Shown here piece by piece: positions 48,454 to 61,329 of a stretch of 64,000 nucleotides of DNA. The notes beneath the pieces were generated by a model. It had not been told where the DNA came from, searched no databases, and worked only from the letters and a program-made list of their open reading frames with translations. Each line of letters opens with the position of its first letter. Position 1 is the first letter of the stretch. This DNA comes from Amoebophrya sp. A120 (Eukaryota > Protista > Dinoflagellata). Location: contig CAJINV010000016.1 of the NCBI GenBank assembly GCA_905178155.1, positions 773,386 through 837,385 of the forward strand. The letters are read 5' to 3'. A program made the position numbers and the translations under genes.

Positions 48454-49843
48454 ATGCGGCCACTCTCATCTCCCCTCCGCCACTTCCGTCTGGCGTCTTT
48501 GAAAAAAGTCCTAAGTTGGTCCGCAAAAATCCTCCCACCAGCTATTCTCGTGAAGGACCAGCTCGGCTGTCTCTCGACCGTGCGGGGCCAAAGCATGGCG
48601 CCCTTGTTGAACGACAGGAATTACGGGATTGCTTCATCAACTTCTGATGCGGACCCCCGAGTCGACACGCAGGACCCCGGGCCGCTAGGAGAACAACAAC
48701 CATCCAACCCTTTTTCGAAACTGCAACATTTTCTTTCCCAAAACCTCCGGTATTTCGCCAACCACCTTTTCGACGATATTGTGCTGGTTCTTCGCCTATC
48801 AAATGCAAATATGTCTGGGTCTGGAGGAAGATGCGAACTTGTGATGCTGCATCTGGATTCTACAAAAATCTGTATTGCATGACCAGCAAGAGCAAGAGGG
48901 GTCCAGTTTGTGCTACATGGAGAGGGCATATCTCATTCGGAATAGGCATCAGGAAGCCCTCTAAAAATCTGTGATGCTCGGTTGTATTACAGGCGGAGGC
49001 GTCATGGGTCATGTAAAATTTGCATGAAAAGCCCTGCATTTTCCCAGACCCAGACATATTTGCAATTCATATCGGCTCGGACACGTGCCCGATATCCGCA
49101 CGGGCGACGTTGTCGTCGCGAAGGACCCGAGAAAATCCGGTCCCTGGGAGCGGAAAATCGTGAAGCGAGTCGTTCTTGTCGGCGGAGCGGGGGAGCACGG
49201 AGGAGGTGATAATTCTCTTCTTGGTGTTGTTGCAGACGATGAGGAAGAGCAGCACGAAGCGGCTTCGTTCGACCAGCCGAGTCTCGATGAAGGAACGGGG
49301 ACCTCCGCACGAGGACCCAGGACAACGGCAGCAGCGTCGGCCGCTGTTGCTGCATCAGCCGAAATTCCTAGAACCCTTGACCCCGAGGACGAAGGGGATG
49401 AAAGCGACCAACTGTTTCGAGGACAAGGACAGCTGCACGAACTTCACAAAGGCATCAAGAACCCACCTCGACGTCAACATGAGGCCGTCGTGAGCTCGGA
49501 AGTTGTGGAGATGCTGGTGTCCCCACCGTCGTCCTCTTTTTCCGGCGGCAGCAGAACATCAAGCGCTGTTGGTCTTGAGAGAGACAACAACTACTACTAC
49601 ACAACGACAAAATTATCGAGGGGAAAAAGTACTTCTACAGCTACGACATCAACAAAAAATATCCCTGATAACATTCCGACCGGGCGCTGTTGGCTTCTCG
49701 GCGACAACTTGGCGCTGTCCAACGATAGTAGGAAGTTCGGCCCGGTGTCAGTGTCTCTGATCGACGGGATCGTCGTTGCTGTTGTCTTCCCTTTCTGGCG
49801 CATGCGGTGGCTCGTAGACGAGGAGGGGAATTCGATAGGATAA
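48454..49843 (+). CDS. IMP2: Mitochondrial inner membrane peptidase (S26 family, IMP2-like)
   Basis: VRGQSMAPLLN (catalytic Ser), GDVVV...IVKRV (Lys), CWLLGDN...SNDSRKFGPV...VVFPFWR. One introner. Confidence 0.85.
48797..49071. mobile_element. Introner family A (reverse orientation)
   Basis: DR tcgcc/tcggc. Confidence 0.88.
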
Positions 49844-51826
49844 ACGTAGGACATAAACAACTTTTTCTGCAGTGAAATGATTCTTGTGCTGATCATGCGA
49901 CCAATGTTCATCATCTCCACTTCTGAATATAGAAAAAAAGGAAGCAAAGTCGAACTGTGTCCGTATCAGGTATAGTACGTACTCCTGTTTAATAGTGTAG
50001 AGGAATTGACAATAGTGAACGCGTGATCGATCATAGCAACCTGCTGACGACAAACGACGATGAAAGCTGGACCGTGAAAATGATTTCTGTGATTAAAAAC
50101 TCAGTGTCGTCGTGTTCCACCGTGGTATCACACGAATTTCACTTGTGCAAAGCGAAAGCTCATCAACTAGATAATAGATAAACATGACAGGAGGGGGCAA
50201 CTGTTTGAAAATATGGACTGAGTCTGAGCGATGCGATGTTTAAGCTCATTGAATGTGCCGGCGCGAAGCTAGTAAGAGTAGCCCAATTTTTTAGTTTCTC
50301 GACCTGTTCATCTTGGCTTTATTCAGTAGGTTCACTGAGGTGAAAATTTTGATGGGCCCGCACAACCAGTATCGTGATGTGCAAGAAGATCTAGCTCTAG
50401 TACAGGATGCATTTTAGTAATTTTTTCCGTGCTAATATCCCAGTTGTTTGGAAGATGTGCTTTGAGGAAATTAAACCGGTTCTTCTACATACAGCGGCAT
50501 AACACGCAGCGCAACATGTATGTGCTGCTGCACGAGCGGTAGTCGCATAATGCTTTTGTTGTTCTTGACACGACAAGAAGAACCTCTTTCCATCAAAAAA
50601 CTGAAAAACAGCGACAACCTGAAACAGCGGTGTGTAGTAGTGAGGACGTTATTACTAGTCTCTAGAGAGTAATAATTGCGCTACCTGGCCTGGGATTGGA
50701 GCTTTTTTGTTGAGGCGGAAAATCAAAGTAACAAGAGTATAAACTACATCTGTTATAATTTATTCCAATCAGATTTTCACAATTATGGAGTGCTTCATTA
50801 TCGCTTTTCAAGATATTTTGCTAGCACACCCACCTTATTAGTATCGGAGACAAGAAACAAAGAGGCGACTTGTACACTTTTCTTCTATACGACAGCACCA
50901 AAATATACAGAAAGCCGACACTGAACACAGAGTGAAAGTCAAACTGCCACTTAGATAAACGGAAGCAAGAGCAATTTAAGTAGACGCAAGTAGCACGAAG
51001 AACACAAGTGTAAAACCACGTATGAAAAAAATTTCCAATACAAGGATGTTGCTTCATAGTAAAGAAGAGGAAGCATTTTTGTTGTGACCACAAATGAATA
51101 TGCCACCTAAATAATACTTGAAATTTTTCCCACTAAACCAACACTATCTAGCCTCTACTAGAGATTGCTGGCCGTAAGAAAACAACAGCATTAAGTTCGG
51201 CGATCGAGATCGACCACGTCGTGTTAGGGTAAAAAAAATCTCCAAAGGCGGCTTCATCTTTCTGGAGTAGTAGGCATAATTGAAAATCCCACTTGGAACA
51301 CAGATACACTATAAAAATTCTTGGGTTCTGTCGCCCAAAAAGTCTTTATTTTTGGGTCGCGTAAGAACCTACACGACTGGTTGTATCCTGTGATCATTCA
51401 TCATTTTCATGCACTTCTACAGTGGCACGTCCACGTGCCGAGCCGCCAACCTTTTCATAGCACCCAAAACAGGTCGTGGCTGCAAGATTCAGAATCAGAA
51501 GAGTTGACAAGAACTCTATTACGCCCACCCAAAGAACCTGTACCTTAGCAGAATATAGTCCGGCAAAATTTTTTCCAGAATAATTTTGAAATCAAAGTTC
51601 CGTTTAGATAGCATGTTCATGATTTACAGCTCTGGCAGCCAAGGAGAACTTCTTTTATGTGGGAACTACGAGAAGGACCGGCATAAGGGGAGTACTACAT
51701 GCCATTCGAAATAATACACAAGTCAGTGACCCTTGACGTTGACCGGCAAACATCGAAGAAGCAAAAATGCTGTAGCCTACATCTTGATTTTTTTGCTCCG
51801 TGCTCGGGTAGTTGCACCAGTACACA

Positions 51827-52142
51827 TATTGTGAGGAAAAATCCCCCCTCCCCATATCGAAACGGAAATTTGTGATGCTGATTTGTGACCACAAAGAAAT
51901 CAGGTTTGTCTTGCGTACAAGGCAAACGGCACCCATGTGGCGCAGTGTTAGCCCAGTCTGTCATGCGTTTTCGCCTACGCCAGACTTGTTTCTCATGCGC
52001 AGCTGCTAGCCGGATGCGTACCCAAATGGGCTTAGAGTATGCCGACAAGCTCTTGCTGCAATACAAAACTCATTTGTGTACACAAATCCAGCAACACAAA
52101 TCGGCTTTTGAGTATGGGGTGGGGGCTTTTTTCACTTTGATA
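51827..52142. mobile_element. Introner family F outside any recognised gene
   Basis: DR acaca/acaca. Confidence 0.85.
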
Positions 52143-52959
52143 ACACAACCGCTCCGGTCTTCCATGCAAGCCGGGTACTGCGTACTCGCTGCCGGAGCAG
52201 AGCCATCAATGGAAATTATATTAGACGAGGCCTCTTTTACTTTTTAAGTACAACCTTTTTTTTCAGAAATAATTCAAGAACGCGTGGTGGTGCACGTGCG
52301 CCGTCTTTGGTACATGATTTTTTTTTCGACGAACGATAGATTCATCTCGACTAGAGGAAATGCAGGGGGCGTTTGTGCAACAATTCTATATCGTCGTTGA
52401 TTTTCATGGTGCGCGACAGACTCTCTCACACGGTGACACTTTACATTAGCTGTGCCGTGTTTTTTTTTAGAGTCGTTGCGCTAATACTAATAGGCGGTGC
52501 CTGCTACTGTCACGTTTCAGTGTTTCGGGTATAGAAATCTACTACCTTACGGAAGTTTATTTCTTGATACCGGAAGTAAGAACTAAGCTATTCACTCTCT
52601 CCTAGAAACCAACTTTTTCGATTCTTCGCATTTGCTTTCTAGCTGTGCTGCCGCGCTCTCACATTTGATTCTTAACGAATTGGGTTGTAAATAGCTGTTT
52701 GCAGTTGAAAATAAAGTAGCAATTCGAACGTTTAACTGTATCTATATGATTATGTTGAACACCTGGAGCTGTTGGCGTTGTTGTTGACTGACTTCCAGGA
52801 ATCCGGATGCACTTACCACAGGAGGAAAAAAACCTTCGAAGCACGACTGGCGCAAGAAACTTTAGCCACCAATGCTACACCTAGATCGGCAAAGATAAAA
52901 GTAAAACAGCGCAAACTTCTTTGCATGACAAGAAGGCCCACGTAAAGCCGGGTAATATT

Positions 52960-53029
52960 CATCACGCGCAACCTTAGTTAGCGTAGTAGCGGCGCATCAC
53001 GCGCAACCTTAGCTAGTGTAGTAGCCGCG
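52960..53029. repeat. 35-bp tandem duplication
   Basis: catcacgcgcaaccttagytagygtagtagcsgcg x2. Confidence 0.85.
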
Positions 53030-54586
53030 GAAGCAAAAATACGAATCATCGCGTTGCGTGTTGTGCCCGCTAAAGATAGGTGGTTGTCAAATACTACTTC
53101 GCGTAGAAGTTGACCCATTGAATATGTCTAGCGTGGGCGCAACACGGCACGATGACGTGATTTTGGAGTAATTTTGTTCTGAACTTGGTGAAACTGATGA
53201 ACTGACAAACTAAACCTGATAAAAACAACTACAGAGCGTTATTTTTTTTCGATGCAGTGAGAAGAGCATCCAACATTTGATAGATACTTTTATTGTGAAC
53301 AAAATCAACAGACCAAGACTGCCCTTTAAGACAAAACCAGCTCGAAGGACTGTAGTGAATGTTTTATCCTTACGGGCTTTTCCTTTTCCATTCCTAGTAC
53401 CAGAACCCCCGCCCCGGATTTCAATCCTCTTTCTATGCTTCTCCCCTAGCTGCCCTTTGAGACCTGATTGGTGGCACTATTCAACTCTTCTGGTTTATTC
53501 CACAAAGTTTTTTTTTCCTATTTTCTGCCGTAAATAGTACACCCACCTAGTCCGTCGAAGCATCTACGTGCAGCAAGTATCTATTTGCAGCACCTTAAGA
53601 TCTGTAGAAGTAAGTACTTCTTCTTTATCTATCCGCGCGTCTTTCATTAACGATCGTCTTTGTGTCGATTTTCATTTTTTTTTTTGGCGTGAAGCCAAGT
53701 CGGTGTCGGGCATCAAGAAAGCTCCAACGCCTATCCGAAGCTAGCAGCGCATGAAATCACTAAAAATTTAAACTCTTAAATAAACCTACTGGAATAGTAA
53801 GTATCTGAATCTGTCGAATAGGAGGAGTGCCCGCAATCATACATTCCTCGACGAAATGATACAGAATTTGTCGGGAAATAAGTGATTCTGGCGGCAAGGC
53901 TGAACTATAGTGCTCGACGTAGCTGCTGGGACATAATAATTGTTCTACTCGACTTGTTGTACAGAAACCACGATGGACCTCCACATCAGCAACGGAACTC
54001 CATCTTGATCCAGGAGTCGGAGCAGGGTGGTCGTGGAGGCTCATTTTCAACATCGCGGCGCTGGAGGCAGATAACTCGCTTGCTCTATTATTTACCCTGT
54101 CGGCAGGAAGTTTTTCTTGCGCACCATCGTCGACACACCCTCCACGTGTGCCGCAAAATCCTAAACCCCCAGCCGCCTCTACAACGACGTCTTCGTGCCA
54201 CGATTTTTTTAAACTGCGACAGTCAGCAGAAGTTGAACATCGGCGACAGGCGGTGGTCGTCCCGGATCATAGTAGTACGGTGCCACTACATGATGATCTT
54301 CATGTGCAGCTAGGAACAACATCTTCCAAACCGCTTCTGCAGCACACACGAACATCTTGCCCGTCGCAGAAGCACTCCTTCTCTTCGTTGCCGGAAGCGA
54401 ACATATTGCCGGAAAAAGACACCACCAAAGTAGCACCAGCACGACTTCCAGCTAGGACCAGTAGGAGCAGTACAACAACTTCCCGTGGTGCTATAGTAGT
54501 ACAACCACCTTTCGGTAGTAAGTTTCGCGCGATCATCATACACGGCAAGCAGAACTCTTTTCGAGAACAAAACGGATCACAAGAAG

Positions 54587-57500
54587 ATGAAGCGCAACCG
54601 TTCTGTGTCCGGGGTCCCCATGATCCCGGTCCTGAACCCGCTCCACAGCTACGCCCAGCTGTTCCCCACGTTCGGCAAGGGGCTATACCGTTCCCCGAAG
54701 GATTTTCCGCAGGACTGGGAGGTTCTGAAGCAGCTCGGCACGGCGAACTTCGGCAAAGTTTTCCTCTTGCGGCACAAGCCGACGAACCAGGAGTTCGCGG
54801 TCAAGCGCATGGCGACCGACGAGAGGAACGCGGACGGACACATCAGCAGAACGGGCGTGCTGGAGCGGTACACGCAGCGGGGGGAGGGCGAGAACGCGAT
54901 CGTCGAGCTCGGCGTCTACACGTACTGCTCTTTCGGGAAGAATTTAGACAGGAAATTGAACTACCTCCGGGAAAACAAGGATTTAGAGACGCTCGGCGAG
55001 CTGAAGGGCGGCGAAAGCATGGTCCAGGACGTTTTGGATCAGACGAAAATATGCATTGCAAATTATTTGAAATTATCCAGCGATCTGGGTTTTTTTGTCA
55101 TGCAGTGAATAGCAAGATAAAAAAGATCTGTGATGCATAGAATCAAAAACATGCCAGCTTTCTTGTCATTCTGTGAACAAATAACTCAGTTTATTCCCAT
55201 GCGTTTCACGAATGAATTTGCAAGAACAAGCTGCCTGAAAAACCTGTGAAGATGCTGTGATGCCGTAGTACAAGCGTCCTCCTCTCTGCGATCTTCATGC
55301 GAGTTGTACTAACTATCACTTAGCATGATCAACTACACATAGTTTAGTATTCCAGACCCGGATCATCATGATCGATGATAACTTCTGAATGCATAGCAAA
55401 AGGACATGGCGTTGGTGCTGGTGAACCGGGGGCGGAGTGGGGGCTTCAGTGACGTCATGGGCGGCACCAACGTGAACAACTTGCATCTATCGCACGAAAA
55501 AACTGTTTCACCGTGATGATTTTGCAAGATTTGCATCACAAGTTTGTTACACATGACAAAGAAAACTTGGCATGCGTGCTTCCTAAGGGAAAACACAGCT
55601 AAAAATCCAATATCTTGCATGTGTAGCAAGACAAACACATGTGCGTTCCGTTCTATGCATCACAAGTTTACAGTGAAACAGTTTTTTCTCGTGATAGCAT
55701 CTAGACGAGGTGTACTACAGCACACCCGCAGGCGCGAAAACCTTTGCGAAGAACCTGGGGAACGATCCCAGACCGAACGGCGACAGTTTGGTCATGGGGG
55801 AGGTAAACGTGCCCTTTGTCAGCGGGGGGAGTGACGCCATCATGCGGAACAAGTTCAACGTGCCCTTCAACGAGGGGGAGCAGACGGGCGCGCCGGACTT
55901 GAGCACCAACCTCGAGAGCACCGAACTGGACGACTCCGAGTACGCGCCGCCCTACTGGATGGAACACAAACCCTGTCCGAACCTGCTGCGCATGTCGTTT
56001 TGCCTCATGGACAACGAGTACGTCTACGTGGGCACGGAAAAGTGCACCCGCGGCGAGCTGTTCGAGCTTGTCGCGGCGAAGAAGCGGCTCGGCGAGGCGC
56101 TCTGTATCACACAGAAAAAAGCAGGCAGGTCATATTTGTAATGCGAAAATAAATACACAAGAAAAGTTTGCATATCCTAAGCAGGATGCTATGAGGCCGC
56201 CCATGTCAGATTTTTCTGTGTATTTATTTTTGCATTACAAATCTGCCCTGCCTGCTTTTTTCTGTGGGATACTCTGCCGGTGTTACCTGCGGCAGGTGTG
56301 CGAGGCCGTGCTGTGGCTGCACGACCGGGGCATCTATGAACTGCAAAAGTATCGTATTCGTATAAATGCATTACAAATTTCCTCAGCGTCAGAAATAAAA
56401 TTTGTAATGCAGACTTGCCTTGGGAACATGCAAGACCTGCATTTATACGAGTGCGATACTTTTGCACAGGATAGCATCGGGCACCGGGACATCTCGCTCG
56501 AGAACATTTTGCTCACCGACGAACCCGTATGGATGTGTCAGGTTTGAAATCGTCAAAGTTGAAATAGTTTGTCATGCATAAAACGGATACCAGTTAGACC
56601 TACAGTTTGTAGTCGGCGCATGACAAATTTTCCCGGCCCTGGAAGCGAGTCTGTCATGCGGTTTAGGGCAAAAGAGCTGCCTTCTGTCATGCTAGTTAGC
56701 AGCCCAACTTTTGACCCTTGCCAGGACTATGACCTGCCTCCCGTTGGTCCGCTGCAATAGAGTCACTTTTTGCATCGCATTTTATGCATTACAAATTATT
56801 TCAACTTTGACGATTTCAAACCTGACGCTTCCATAACCCGAAGACCGGTGTATCCGGCTGATGGATTTCGGGATGTCGTGCAATCTATCAAGTGCAAAAA
56901 TGTCTGGGTCTGGAAGAATGCAAACTTGTGACGCGCATTTCGGAACACACAAAAATCTCTCATGCATAGGTAGCAAAAGCTACTCACTTTCTGTCACCAA
57001 AGTGGGGGATTTGTCATGCGGGTTCGGCATTGCGGAAGCTTCTCGAAACCTGTGATGCTAGAGCTTCCATGCCAGACCTTCTGTGTCATGCAGAAACGTC
57101 ACGACTCTTGCTCTTCGAGACACAGACACTTTTACATTTGATACAATCTGTACCGCGAGCGCACCGACGACGAGCAGGCCGCAGCGGAGGCCGCTGCGGC
57201 GGCCGGGAATAAATCCACAGCAGACGGGACCACCCGGCTGACGGAAGCCAATCACGACGCCTCCGAGCTGCAGCCGAAAGTCGCGCGGACCGCGGGGAAG
57301 GTCCGACTCTCGGAGAGCGGGCGGGAGCTAGAAGACGTGCACTACTCCTATGACTTGCTCAAACGTGACAATCTCAAACGCTACAATAGAATGTGGAGTT
57401 TGTATTGCATGATGAGCATGACAGACTCGCACAGCTTTCCACCTTTTGCAATACAAATTTCGCCAGATTATAGTGGGGTCTGGGGCTCCGGAACTTGTCA

Positions 57501-59014
57501 TGCGCAATCCTATGAGACTTGGCTAGATCATGCAATCTTGCATCACAGATTTCCATATTCTATTGTAACGTTTGCGATTGTAACACCTGAGCGGGTTATA
57601 ACTCCGGGTCCGTCGGCAAGGACTTGTACCGGCCACCGGAGTATGGATTGCAAATATGTCTGGGTCTGGAAGATTCCGAGATTTGTCATGCAGTTTTTCC
57701 AAGCTCCACCAAGGCTGGAATGCAGGGCATTGCATCACAGGTTCTGCAGCCCCTTGGTGATGCCTATTCTGCATGAGAAATCAGCGCCCTCTCAGCATGG
57801 CCAGAAATGGGGACCTTTTGCAAGTCATGCAACACAGATTTTTGTATGATGCGCAACACGCATGACAAGTTCGCATCCTTCCAGCCCCAGACATTTTTTG
57901 CAGTTGATACGGAGCTGTACCACGGCACCCAGCAGAACTTCTACAAGGTAGCCCCAGTGGACGTGTTTTGCTGCGGTGTGGTATTTATCAAATGCAAAAA
58001 TGTCTGGGTCTGGGAGATTGCGAGATTTGTCATGCTTGTCTGGCATGACTCTGAACTCTGTGTTGCATGGCCGCGAAGAGCTCCTCCTCCCTGTCATGCA
58101 AAAACGCAGTTTCTCATGCGCTCGGCTAGCTGGCCGGGCTGTACTGATCAGGTGTGGTGGGTAGCTCCCGACTGGTTGGTACTTTTCATGGGGCGACTTG
58201 CCGTGGTAGCGCTCGGCTTTTGTATGATGAGGTCGCCGAAAGTGCTTCCTCGCCCACCCCCCGGGGAGGGGATCCTTGACCTGTGGCGCTGGGAGCGGGT
58301 GTCCACTACATGATGATGATGATGATGACGCAACTCAGAGCCATGGAAAAAACTTGTCATGCTTGGCAGCGCATTATAGTGAGTTCACCATTCCCTTTTT
58401 TGCGTCACAAGTTTCCAGACCCAGACATTTTTGCATTTGATAGCAGTCTTCATGATGCTCACCGGCAAACCGTTGTGGAGGAGATATCCTAAGGAAAACC
58501 GTCCCCACGACCCCATAGTCAGGTTGGGGAATGTGCTACACAAATCCACACGCTTTGGCGGTCCCGCATGACAAGTTTTCATCTGGTGTAGCATGGTGCT
58601 GCTTAGCAGGGAGAGCCGCATCACAAAGACGCCTGCTCATCCTGTTTGCAGCATTACAAATCCCAGATCACGTCGACTGCAAATATCTCTCATGCGGATG
58701 TGCATTGCAGTTGTTTCTGTGGATGCAAATCTGCATGCCAACTCTGGGGTGGGGACGTTTTTACATAGGATAGGAGATGCACCATGAGCGACAAAGTCAC
58801 TGCTTTCCTTGCGGAGGGCGGCGCGGCGAGGTTCGACAGTAACTGGCAGCGGTTAGTCGACGGCTGGGGCTTCCGAGAACGGTTTTCCGCTGATGCGCTG
58901 GATTTGATACCAAAAATGGTGCACTTCGATCCCGGCAGAAGATGGTCGATACCGGAGATTTTGAAGCACCCCTTTTTCATAGAACCGGAAGGAGACGGAA
59001 AAACGGATCTGTGA
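54587..59014 (+). CDS. Ser/Thr protein kinase (CAMK-like, HRDISLEN type); 10 introners
   Basis: LGTANFGKV, FAVK, GELFE, IGHRDISLENILL, LMDFG, VGKDLYRPPE, DVFCCGV, DPGRRWSIPEILKHPFF, assembled in frame by element+DR removal. Confidence 0.9.
55050..55395. mobile_element. Degenerate family A-like introner
   Basis: tatgcatt...aatgcata, DR gaaaa/gcaaa; frame restored. Confidence 0.7.
55488..55696. mobile_element. Introner family H (reverse orientation relative to 22180)
   Basis: DR gcatc/gcatc. Confidence 0.9.
56105..56271. mobile_element. Introner, singleton with a long fold-back TIR
   Basis: tatcacacagaaaaaagcaggcagg...cctgcctgcttttttctgtgggata, DR ctctg/ctctg. Confidence 0.9.
56335..56473. 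mobile_element. Introner family C
   Basis: DR gcatc/gcatc; splits GI|GHRD. Confidence 0.92.
56528..56835. mobile_element. Introner, singleton (TIR core GTCAGGTTTGAAATCGTCAAAGTTGAAATA)
   Basis: DR acccg/acccg. Confidence 0.9.
56886..57143. mobile_element. Introner family A
   Basis: DR caatc/caatc. Confidence 0.88.
57349..57600. mobile_element. Introner family D
   Basis: DR actcc/actcc. Confidence 0.9.
57642..57909. mobile_element. Introner family A
   Basis: DR cggag/cggag; splits RPPE|LY. Confidence 0.9.
57986..58442. mobile_element. Introner family A with a ~207-bp nested (TGA)n-tailed insert
   Basis: DR gtatt/gcagt; frame restored. Confidence 0.85.
58485..58772. mobile_element. Introner family B
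   Basis: DR ggaga/ggaga. Confidence 0.88.
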
Positions 59015-60905
59015 GGAGGGCGGGTTCATCTGTTTTAAGTATTTATGGACCCACGTCGACGGACATCGACCCAGCAAGTCATCGACTACTTTTTTTTCAA
59101 CACGCGACTTTTACTTTAGAAAGATTCATTAGAACAACTTCAAGCTAGCCTGTGAAAAACAATACGAAGAACGCTGACGCGGGTTGTAGTTGACTGTGGA
59201 AGTACCTTTTCTGTTTCGTATGAAGCAAGAGGAACGACTACAGCGGCGAAACCGAAATCCTAGCGAGCAGCTGTGTAGTAGCTCCGAACCCGGGGTGATG
59301 TTTCAGCACCGAAGAATGTGTGGGTTGTTGTCTCACCAAGAAGACTAAACACACAACCACACAAAGACAACTTTATTCAATTTTTTAGAAGCGCGATCGT
59401 TGTCATCAACGCGATCGAGAAAGTGATCAAGCAAGTGTGTTGGAAAATAAACTCTTACCCTTATCAATCTCTCGTGTGTCGGACTGCAAATCAGTCGATG
59501 AAAATGATTTTCCGACTTAGGGCTGCGAACAGTTTCTCTTGCTCACCTTCTTTTGGAAAAATCGCAAAAATCGAAGAAGGACGGAGTGGTCTTCGGACTG
59601 TTTCAATTTTCATTTTGGGCGGTATATTAATTATAGGTACTGGCTTTTCAGGAGGAAAAGATACATACGGACGATATTGTTTTTACAGAACTTATTTCCT
59701 GGTACGTACTTCAACTTCTAGACAGATGGATAATAGCATTCGCATGTCCGAAACTTTGACAACAGGGCGGCGGGCTATTCTGTCTAAGAGAAAATCATCG
59801 ACACACACATGATATCAGGTTTTGATTGCAGCTAGGAAAAGGAATGATGGTGGCCAGATGCAGCCATACTTCGGAATAAAGCGGAGTAGCTATGACTCGA
59901 GCACTGAACATGAAGCCACAAAATTCGTAAAAAAAAGCCGCCAGTCTCTTCGGAATATCAGACACACTACTTTTCGAACAGTATTGACGTGAAATGGTGA
60001 CTTTAAGAGCTTCAATGACTGCCACAGACCAGCAAAGGTTCTTGCTCACGGATAAAACAATAAACTCTTTATAACAAAAGGGATGAACCATCATCGAGGG
60101 TATGACCAACATGGTCCTCTTCTAGAAGCGGAACATCGAAGTTAAAAATGCCCTTGCTGCATGAGAAAATTTATACCTGATTGATAATTGCTGGTAGCAT
60201 CACCAAGCGTAGAGAAGAAATAGTACTATAACCCTTCTGCGTGTGGTAGGAGAAGCTCGCGGAGGTACTGTAATTTCTTCGCAGACCGGCAGGGAAGGAA
60301 GCAATTTGTTGTTGGAACTTGCGCACGTTTTCCAACAATAAATCATTGCAGAGTTCTAGTAAAAATATCAAAAAGCGACAGCAGCAGTAGAAGTACCTCT
60401 ACCTATAATTTGCACCCAGAAGTAGAATTACAATTACGACCCTGAGCTAGGCGATCAGAAGGCCGCTCTTTCATTTTAAGAAAGCAAAATCGCTTTCGTT
60501 ACAGACGCAAATAACGCCCACGGAAAATTATGACAACTACGACACAAAAAAAGAAAAACTGTCAGTGCTTTATGGGAGAGATTGAAACCGGCGAAATCGA
60601 GAGCATGATAAGAAGTGGCACGACGTCACTTGAACGCAGCTGCTCGATTATCCGACGATTAAGTAGATAGTAATCCTACATCCCGTAATAGAAACTTTCT
60701 CTGTTTAAGTACTTTTCGGATATTTCCCTTTTCGGATACTCGCACTGCTATTGTGGATTAACTTAGAGTGGTAAAAAATTGGAGCGCAATTGTTTTTTTT
60801 TACGTCACAAGAGGAGGGTGACGTCATGGAGATTCCCCGAAGTAAATTCGAGGTTGAGTCTTCGTGTCTTTGACACTAGTTCCAATTTTGAAACTCTGTC
60901 GAGGT

Positions 60906-60934
60906 AGGATAGCACTTTAATAAAGTGCTATCCT
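60906..60934. repeat. Perfect inverted repeat, 14-bp arms
   Basis: aggatagcacttta-a-taaagtgctatcct. Confidence 0.85.
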
Positions 60935-61283
60935 CCCCTTAGGGAACCGGAACAAGTACTAAAAGGAAAGAGTAGCTGTCACGGGGTACGAAAGTACTTA
61001 TGATGTCAACAGGGCATCGGTCTACTTGGTAAGGGAACCAGCAGTGACAAGTAGAAGTAGAGTCTCTAGAAGTAGCAGACAACACGAGCTATATTTTGAA
61101 AACGATAATTCCTTCGCCGTGCAGGCGCAAGCGAAAGCATAAGTATCAACGCCACTGAGGCCGACGACCTTCTTGTGCAAAGAAAAACAAACGCCCTAGA
61201 AATCAGAGGTCTTGATATGATGTCATTTGTAAAAATGCGCGAACGAAAAGGGCAAGAGCCCGCCAATCGTTCCTGAGTTTTTC

Positions 61284-61329
61284 TAATCGGAATAGCAGCA
61301 AAATCGTAATCGGAATAGCAGCAAAATCG
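61284..61329. repeat. 23-bp tandem duplication
   Basis: taatcggaatagcagcaaaatcg x2. Confidence 0.9.

Noticed and set aside
54148-55140. 330-aa ORF overlapping the kinase start
   Set aside because: Its 3' half is an alternative frame of the kinase exon; the 5' part may be an upstream exon but cannot be supported.
901-58624. Many short ORFs sharing peptides such as PDPDIFTFD, KMSGSG, CKNVWVW and FQTQTF
   Set aside because: They are translations of family A TIRs in different frames, not a protein repeat family.
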